The notes beneath the pieces are model-generated. The model saw only the letters and a list, made by a program, of their open reading frames with translations, had not been told where the DNA came from and searched no databases. A stretch of DNA of 24,561 bases from the IMG/VR virus record IMGVR_UViG_3300044267_000038, positions 1 to 24,561 of that record; one strand, written 5' to 3'. Below, piece by piece: positions 19,685 to 24,561 of the stretch. Within the stretch, counting starts at the first letter, position 1. Every line of letters starts with the position of its first letter. The position numbers and the translations under genes were made by a program. This DNA comes from a virus (lineage: Duplodnaviria > Caudoviricetes).

Positions 19685-21035
19685 TTTACTTCCTAATGCT
19701 GGAGACAATGCGTCATCAGCTCAGAGCGTAGATAATAATATACCTAATGTTGCCTCAAGCTGTTCAGAATTTACAGTAAATGGAGCAACTTGTTTTTCTA
19801 ATGAAATTGAAACAACGGGAACAGGTACAGTTAAAGCGACAGGCTCTTTATTAAATATTACAACTAACTCTGACACGACTACTCAAGATAAATTAAACAA
19901 TGGAATTACTTTAGATAGTACGAGTATTGTTCAAAACTGTGAATGGGATGGATCTTCTAATGAGTGTGGAGATAGAGCTGGTGCAAGAGATACTTTTAAA
20001 ACAACAGTAAAGATATTAGATACGAATGGAAATACTTTAGCATCAGTAGATCAGATAAGAAATACTGATAGCCATTATTATTCTAATGCTCATAAATATA
20101 CTGACCAAGTTATCTATACAGGAACAGGCTCTAATTCTTTTGATTGGACTTGGACAGGGATAGATAACAATGCTAATCCAGGTAATCTTGGTGGACCCAA
20201 TCTACTTGGTGCTTCTTTAACAATGACTTATGAGAATGTAGTTTTAGAAGTAGAAACACAAACAGCTTTAAATGAGGTTAGTAGTGTTATTAATGCTACT
20301 GAAATTGAAGAAGCAATAAGTGTTGAGATAAAAGAAGAAACTCAAACTTTAGCAACTAAGGTACAAACAATAGCAACAACACCTTTGCCTAGTAAAACTA
20401 AGGTGGTTCAAGTTACAGCAGCCATTAAAAAGTTTGAAAAGAAAACTGGAGCTAAAGTAGTTAAAGCTCAGATAACATCAAAGCCAACATCAACACCTAC
20501 TAATACACCAACAGCTGTGGTTCAAACTAAGAAAGTTAAAGAAGAAAAAAAACCCCAAGCTATTGCTAAACAAATAATACAATCAACTGCTAAGGAGGAA
20601 AAAGCAAATGAAAAAGAAGAAAAACAAGAAGAAAAAAAATCAGAAAAACAAGAAGAAAAACAAGAAAAGAAGATAGTATCTACTAAGACTAAAACTAAGA
20701 ATACTAAAGTTTCTAAGTTAGATGCTGCTATGGACAAGGTAGATGCTGTGGTTAAAGATACTGCCAAAAACCTTGAAGTAAAAAATATTATTTTATTAGA
20801 CGCTATAGCCGGAGAGAATAATCTTTCTGCTTATCTTAACCAAGTGTTTTATAAAACTAAAGATATTTACTTAAATCAAAATTTTATTATAGACAATCGA
20901 AAGATCTATAATGGAGTAAGTCTTGTAAGCTATATGGAAAACGATCCTTTGTTTATTAAAAACAAAATTTTACAAGATATTAATTACGAAAAACAAAGAC
21001 TCATCTTAAAATTAAAGGAGTTAAAAAATGGGTAA
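19608..21035 (+). CDS. Secreted multi-domain hypothetical protein with Lys/Glu-rich linker
   Basis: 475 aa; signal peptide ending TTSA|EE; N-terminal Thr/Asn-rich beta domain with 4 Cys; EEKQ repeats; helical C-terminus; SD AGGAG at 19594-19598. Confidence 0.75.
   Translation: MRYMLLILLLMMLTLTTSAEEITTGNLLPNAGDNASSAQSVDNNIPNVASSCSEFTVNGATCFSNEIETTGTGTVKATGSLLNITTNSDTTTQDKLNNGITLDSTSIVQNCEWDGSSNECGDRAGARDTFKTTVKILDTNGNTLASVDQIRNTDSHYYSNAHKYTDQVIYTGTGSNSFDWTWTGIDNNANPGNLGGPNLLGASLTMTYENVVLEVETQTALNEVSSVINATEIEEAISVEIKEETQTLATKVQTIATTPLPSKTKVVQVTAAIKKFEKKTGAKVVKAQITSKPTSTPTNTPTAVVQTKKVKEEKKPQAIAKQIIQSTAKEEKANEKEEKQEEKKSEKQEEKQEKKIVSTKTKTKNTKVSKLDAAMDKVDAVVKDTAKNLEVKNIILLDAIAGENNLSAYLNQVFYKTKDIYLNQNFIIDNRKIYNGVSLVSYMENDPLFIKNKILQDINYEKQRLILKLKELKNG
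20616..20669 (+). repeat. Imperfect GAAGAAAAACAA (EEKQ) coding repeats
   Basis: Purine-rich repeated 12-mers encoding EEKQEEKKSEKQEEKQEK. Confidence 0.6.
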
Positions 21036-21288
21036 ACTTAAAGATCAATTAGCTGGTATAGCTGCATTGATAGCAGCTGTAGTTGCAATCGGTGGTGGCT
21101 TTGCAAAGTTTGGAGAAATGCAAACACAATTAAATACTTTATCTGAACAGACAGCACCAGATCTTACACCGCTTGCTGCAAACATTGGTGAAAATAATAA
21201 AAATATTGCAGTATTAAAAACGGAAGTCGAATTACTTAATCTTATGATTAAGGAAATGAAAGCTAAAGCCTCAAATCCTTTACAGTAA
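21028..21288 (+). CDS. Membrane-anchored coiled-coil hypothetical protein
   Basis: 86 aa; TM segment LAGIAALIAAVVAIGGGF followed by a coiled coil; SD AAGGAG. Confidence 0.7.
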   Translation: MGKLKDQLAGIAALIAAVVAIGGGFAKFGEMQTQLNTLSEQTAPDLTPLAANIGENNKNIAVLKTEVELLNLMIKEMKAKASNPLQ

Positions 21289-21503
21289 TGGTTAAGAAAA
21301 CTTGGAGGAAGCTAACTCAAACAGTTCTTAATATTGGACCCTGTAGGTATTGCAAAAAGGATATGGTTAATACCGAGAGCTTTGTAGCTTTTCATGTGGG
21401 AGAACCTAAATTTGCTCATTATGAATGTATGAAAAAAGATGATGAGCTGAGAGAACAAAATTTAAAAGTAATAGAAAACGAAATAGAGCAAGCTATGTTT
21501 TAA
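21288..21503 (+). CDS. Small putative zinc-binding protein
   Basis: 71 aa with CxxC (CRYC) and HxxC (HYEC); last + strand gene, and its stop codon abuts the tRNA 3' end. Confidence 0.6.
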   Translation: MVKKTWRKLTQTVLNIGPCRYCKKDMVNTESFVAFHVGEPKFAHYECMKKDDELREQNLKVIENEIEQAMF

Positions 21504-21581
21504 TGGTCGGAGCGGTTGGATTCGAACCAACGACCCTCTGGTCCCAAACCAGATGCGCTGACCAGACTGCGCTACGCTCCG
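21504..21581 (-). tRNA. tRNA-Pro: tRNA-Pro (anticodon TGG), complete with encoded CCA
   Basis: Reverse complement is CGGAGCG TA GCGC AGTCTGGTCA GCGC A TCTGG TTTGGGA CCAGA GGGTC GTTGG TTCGAAT CCAAC CGCTCCG A CCA; all four stems pair fully. Confidence 0.97.
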
Positions 21582-21592
21582 AAACTTATAAA

Positions 21593-21614
21593 AAACAGAG
21601 ACTAAACAGAGACT
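21593..21614 (+). repeat. Tandem 11-bp direct repeats, putative integrase arm-type sites (left pair)
   Basis: AAACAGAGACT at 21593-21603 and 21604-21614. Confidence 0.75.
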
Positions 21615-21789
21615 ATACGATAAATCAATCTGATATATCACTTATAAATCAATGTTTATTTATATGGATTTTTGGCAACTTTTTTGTTTCTATTTTAAGT
21701 AGAATTGTTGTAAACATTAACTTAATTGGGGTTGTAGTCTATAGGTTCAAATACTATCGACAACCATTGGTATTGTTAATTAATTTAAC

Positions 21790-21812
21790 AAACAGAGACC
21801 AAAACAGAGACT
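21790..21812 (+). repeat. 11-bp direct repeats, putative integrase arm-type sites (right pair)
   Basis: AAACAGAGACC at 21790-21800 and AAACAGAGACT at 21802-21812. Confidence 0.75.
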
Positions 21813-21922
21813 AAAATAAATATTGTAAAAAACTTTAAAAAAGAAATTTTACGGGTATCTAATATATATAATGCAACACTTAAATAGCTTTCTATTAGAT
21901 AAATTAGTGAGCCGTACCTTGC

Positions 21923-22108
21923 TTATGGATAGGAGGTACCGGATGAACTAGAAGTATTAAGCGGGGATTTTTTAATCCCCGCTTTTTTTTTACATTCTTC
22001 TAAATATATTTTGTATTTTTTTTGAACAATATGATCCTTTTCAAAAGTAACAAAATGGTTCATTTCTAAAGTGAGCTTAAATAAAAGATAGCTCATTACT
22101 GAAGCCAC
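21923..22108 (-). CDS. Possible small hypothetical protein downstream of the integrase
   Basis: 61-aa ORF whose GTG start directly follows the integrase stop codon. Its 3' end runs through two + strand RNA structures, so coding status is uncertain. Confidence 0.35.
   Translation of the reverse strand: MASVMSYLLFKLTLEMNHFVTFEKDHIVQKKYKIYLEECKKKAGIKKSPLNTSSSSGTSYP
21959..21991 (+). terminator. Rho-independent terminator
   Basis: GCGGGGATT-TTTT-AATCCCCGC perfect 9-bp stem (21961-21982) followed by 9 T. Confidence 0.9.
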
Positions 22109-23278
22109 TTACGATAAAAGATTATTGATTGCTTTAGATCTTTTGTCTTTATTATGATCTATATCCCTGTAATACCACCTGTCAGGAGTATCAGAGTTAG
22201 TCCAGCCTAATCTTCTTAATAGCTGATCCTTTGGAAGAGCTTTAGTATCCTTTAGATAAGAATAACTAAACTTTCTAAAAGGTGATATTCCACCTTCCCA
22301 TTTAATCCCTAGTTTATCAGCAGCTTTTTGAACTTTTCTTTTAGCCATCTTCTTAGATACTTTGCCAAATATCATTCTATATTGACCAGCTCTCGTAGGC
22401 ATTGTTTGATCTTTCATCCAAGCTTTTAAAATTAAAACTAATTGTTTGCTTATTTCAACTCTTCTTTTAGAACTAGCAGTTTTTAAAAAGTTTTCTCTAA
22501 AGCCATTCCATTTATCAATAGTGTGGTTAAAGCTAATAGTCGGTGGATTACTTTTAAAATCAGGATCAGAATAAGTTAAACCTAACAATTCATTTAACCT
22601 ACAACCTGTTTCAGCAGCTGTATGAAATAAAGCTCTATTTAATAAATCCTTTTCTGAATTTACTAATAAAACTATATCCTTATACTTAGGCATAAACTTT
22701 TTCTTTGTATTTTCTCCTTGAAAAAAGTTTTTATTAAATTTCCAATCTAAGATTCCTCGATCAATAACCCATTTTCTTTCTAGGCAATACTTTACAAATA
22801 ATTTAAAGTTGGCAACTGTATCTTTAACAACCTTTTTACCAATCGTTTTATTGGTTCTAACTATTGTACTAATTCCACCTGGTAAGTTCTGAACTCTAGT
22901 GCATTTTGAGGCTAGGAGCTGCGGTAAGTAGCTTTCTTTAAAATCGTGGTAGGTGTAGTCGGATAACAGATCTTTGCTTATGTACGGCTGGATATGGTTG
23001 ATTATATAGCCACATATATGCAGTTTAGTCTCTTCTACCTTAAATTTATCCTTTAATACGGATTTCTTATATTCTTCAAAAGCAAGCTTAAAAGAAACCT
23101 CTTGTGGCATAACCAAATCTGGATCTCCGTTTTTCAATTCTAAAACATAAGCAAAGGCTTGTCTTTTTTGGTTAAGATTAAATATTTGTAAGTTTTTCTT
23201 TTTGCCTTGATTATCCATAGCTTGAACAACCCAAACTGATTTGGTTTTTCTTTTAACTTTACAGATTTTAAACTTCAT
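22109..23278 (-). CDS. int: Tyrosine integrase
   Basis: 389 aa; TGCRLNELLGL (Arg I), LKTASSKRRV (Lys), SPFRK (variant HxxR), LGW...DRWY (Trp and catalytic Tyr); SD AGGAGG; adjacent to the att-like region. Confidence 0.88.
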   Translation of the reverse strand: MKFKICKVKRKTKSVWVVQAMDNQGKKKNLQIFNLNQKRQAFAYVLELKNGDPDLVMPQEVSFKLAFEEYKKSVLKDKFKVEETKLHICGYIINHIQPYISKDLLSDYTYHDFKESYLPQLLASKCTRVQNLPGGISTIVRTNKTIGKKVVKDTVANFKLFVKYCLERKWVIDRGILDWKFNKNFFQGENTKKKFMPKYKDIVLLVNSEKDLLNRALFHTAAETGCRLNELLGLTYSDPDFKSNPPTISFNHTIDKWNGFRENFLKTASSKRRVEISKQLVLILKAWMKDQTMPTRAGQYRMIFGKVSKKMAKRKVQKAADKLGIKWEGGISPFRKFSYSYLKDTKALPKDQLLRRLGWTNSDTPDRWYYRDIDHNKDKRSKAINNLLS

Positions 23279-23546
23279 TAACCGCCTCCTTTATAGTTAT
23301 AGTTGTTGGTGGGATAGGTATTACATATTTAGAATATCCCTCATAAAAATAAGTAACAGGAACTTTAAAGAAATTAGCAAGATCTAATAATTTTTCTGAG
23401 CTAACTCCATTAGTTCCTTTTTCGTATTTTTGAATTTGTTGGAATGTGTAACCAATTCCTTCTCCAACTTTTGATTGTGTTAAACCTAATTGCAATCTTT
23501 TAAATTTAATTTTTTTTCCTAGGTGTTTATTAAAGCTATTTTCCAT
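23268..23546 (-). CDS. XRE-family HTH transcriptional regulator (repressor candidate)
   Basis: LGKKIK.KR..LGLTQ..VG..IG.TFQQIQKYEKGTN...L..LA.FF.VPV.YFYEG, an alphaproteobacterial-type XRE signature; SD AAGGAG. Confidence 0.92.
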   Translation of the reverse strand: MENSFNKHLGKKIKFKRLQLGLTQSKVGEGIGYTFQQIQKYEKGTNGVSSEKLLDLANFFKVPVTYFYEGYSKYVIPIPPTTITIKEAVNEV

Positions 23547-23566
23547 TAAGCATCTCCTTTTAATTT

Positions 23567-23636
23567 CTTTTAAATTAATATTGCCAAGATGTCAATATAG
23601 TGAATTAATGTGATATTACATTGCCAATTAGACAAC
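23567..23636 (-). promoter_or_regulatory. Promoter for the repressor-integrase operon overlapped by two operator-like dyads
   Basis: Minus-strand TTGACA (23595-23590), 17-bp spacer, TAAAAG (23572-23567). Dyads TTGCC-N5-GTCAA (23581-23595) and TTGCC-N5-GACAA (23621-23635). Confidence 0.6.
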
Positions 23637-23701
23637 TTTCTTTAGGCGTAGGAAGGGTTATACTACAATTAAGTAGTTTAAGAATAATTATAAATAACCA
23701 A

Positions 23702-23905
23702 TTATGTTTGGTTATATATGTATTGTTCGTCTTTCAACTGTAATACTTCAATTAAAGTTGAATGACTTTGTTTAGAGAGAGCAGCAATGCTTGGATTAAC
23801 CACTTCATTTTTTAAAAGTTTTGTTATCTTAGCGTTCAACTTTTTTCTCTCCTTTTCTTTCTCCTGGATCTTTGTTTCCAGGTGTTGATAGTGTGTTATT
23901 GCCAT
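23702..23905 (-). CDS. Hypothetical coiled-coil protein
   Basis: 67 aa; strong SD AGGAGGT upstream of the ATG. Confidence 0.65.
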   Translation of the reverse strand: MAITHYQHLETKIQEKEKERKKLNAKITKLLKNEVVNPSIAALSKQSHSTLIEVLQLKDEQYIYNQT

Positions 23906-24080
23906 CAGGCTTTACCTCCTTTATGGTACTGTGTTGGTATCTAATACTATTATTAGACACCTTTATTTTCGCAGCTGTACTTGGCACTATCTTCTTGGAA
24001 GCTGCGTCTAAGGAACCAAAAGTTTCAATAGCTTGAAAGCTACACTCTCCGTTCCAAATTTTTAAAAAACTTTTACTCAT
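23829..24080 (-). CDS. Hypothetical protein
   Basis: 83 aa; ATGA overlap with the upstream gene; its 3' end overlaps the next gene by 77 bp. Confidence 0.55.
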   Translation of the reverse strand: MSKSFLKIWNGECSFQAIETFGSLDAASKKIVPSTAAKIKVSNNSIRYQHSTIKEVKPDGNNTLSTPGNKDPGERKGEKKVER

Positions 24081-24412
24081 GGATGATCCATTAACATTTT
24101 ATTATATTCCTTTAATTCTTTATTTTCTTTTTCTAATTTTTTATTTTTTTCTAATAAAATTTGATATGAGAGGATTGCTTCTATTAAATATCTTGAAATA
24201 TCTATTGCTTCTTCTAATGCTTCATTTAACCATTTTTTACAATCAATAGGATTTTTTAACATAACTTGCCGCATTGTCAAACCGAACTTATCCATACCTT
24301 CCTTGTCTCGATCTATAATTTTACTAATTAAAGTATTTGTATTGGGATCGGGAGATAAAGTTATCGGTTGATTTGGATACTGCGATGTTTTCCGTTTAGT
24401 TTTTTTATCCAT
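24077..24412 (-). CDS. Hypothetical phage protein, possibly related to all-alpha NTP pyrophosphatases
   Basis: 111 aa; R...G..KFG.T...WL.EA.EE..D...YL pattern containing EExxD; SD GAGG. Confidence 0.5.
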   Translation of the reverse strand: MDKKTKRKTSQYPNQPITLSPDPNTNTLISKIIDRDKEGMDKFGLTMRQVMLKNPIDCKKWLNEALEEAIDISRYLIEAILSYQILLEKNKKLEKENKELKEYNKMLMDHP

Positions 24413-24561
24413 TTTCTATCCTCTAGTTGTTGTAATATTGCTCCAATTCCAGACTTTGATTTTAAACCCACCGCAACCTTCATTTCTTCGTAAGAAGGTG
24501 CGATAGGTTTTTTCTTCATATATGATTTAATATAATTAAATAATTTTAATTGTTTGTTAGT
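24361..24561 (-). CDS. Stand-alone LexA-type winged-helix DNA-binding domain protein (5' end at/just beyond window edge; not in ORF track)
   Basis: TNKQLKLFNYIKSYMKKKPIAPSYEEMKVAVGLKSKSGIGAILQQLEDRKWIKKLNGKHRSIQINR* follows the alphaproteobacterial LexA N-terminal pattern T.KQ..L...I......PS..EMK..L.L.SKSGI......LE.R..I..L....R.I. Confidence 0.8.
   Translation of the reverse strand, partial: TNKQLKLFNYIKSYMKKKPIAPSYEEMKVAVGLKSKSGIGAILQQLEDRKWIKKLNGKHRSIQINR

Larger units (their letters stand above)
21593..21812. other. Putative attP region
   Basis: Non-coding AT-rich region downstream of the integrase, bounded by two pairs of 11-bp repeats. It contains ATAAATCAAT twice (21620, 21644) and an imperfect inverted repeat centred on TTCAAAT (21746-21752). 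Confidence 0.7.
1..24561. mobile_element. Temperate podovirus-like bacteriophage genome segment (tail/lysis module + attP + integrase/repressor); unintegrated configuration
   Basis: Tail tubular A/B, internal virion proteins, T7-type tail-fibre N-terminus, lysozyme, tyrosine integrase and XRE repressor are present. Phage genes lie on both sides of the att-like region and no host housekeeping genes are seen. Confidence 0.95.

Noticed and set aside
922-20767. Minus-strand ORFs in the late region (922, 1714, 4646, 4825, 7458, 9085, 12112, 13724, 17795, 18845, 20522)
   Set aside because: All are antisense shadows of well-supported + strand genes and have no recognisable motifs.
21504-21581. tRNA as a host gene marking a prophage boundary
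   Set aside because: Phage genes continue on both sides (late genes to the left, integrase and early genes to the right) with no host sequence.
15255-21581. Functional link between the prolyl-hydroxylase-like genes and tRNA-Pro
   Set aside because: The shared proline theme is the only connection; the tRNA is better explained by its position at attP.
21593-21812. Repeats as a mini CRISPR array
   Set aside because: The repeats are only 11 bp and arranged in adjacent pairs with no regular spacers; no cas genes are present.
21503-21814. 103-aa + strand ORF
   Set aside because: It is the antisense reading of the tRNA-Pro gene (MVGAVGFEPTT is a classic tRNA shadow) continuing through the att repeats.

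Overview
AT-rich fragment of a temperate short-tailed (podovirus-type) phage genome in its unintegrated configuration. Gene order and composition resemble BPP-1-like/HTVC010P-type marine phages, and an alphaproteobacterial host such as SAR11 is likely (inference). The + strand (1-21503) is one tightly coupled late region. It runs: 3' part of a post-capsid gene, tail tubular A and B, a GNAT-like protein, four internal virion proteins, a repeat-built tail fibre with a Kelch-like propeller cassette, two 2OG-Fe(II) oxygenases, a lysis region (XhlA-like protein, PD-(D/E)xK nuclease, GH24 lysozyme, holin-like protein), and a block of uncharacterised secreted/membrane proteins. The - strand (21504-24561) carries a complete tRNA-Pro(UGG), a tyrosine integrase, an XRE repressor with two candidate operators, three small early genes and a stand-alone LexA-type DNA-binding domain that the ORF track missed. 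An attP-like region (paired 11-bp repeats around a damaged tRNA T-arm/3'-end remnant) and a + strand terminator lie between the tRNA and the integrase. The two best leads are a possible tRNA-compensating lysogeny set-up at attP and the six-gene envelope-targeted module downstream of the lysis genes.
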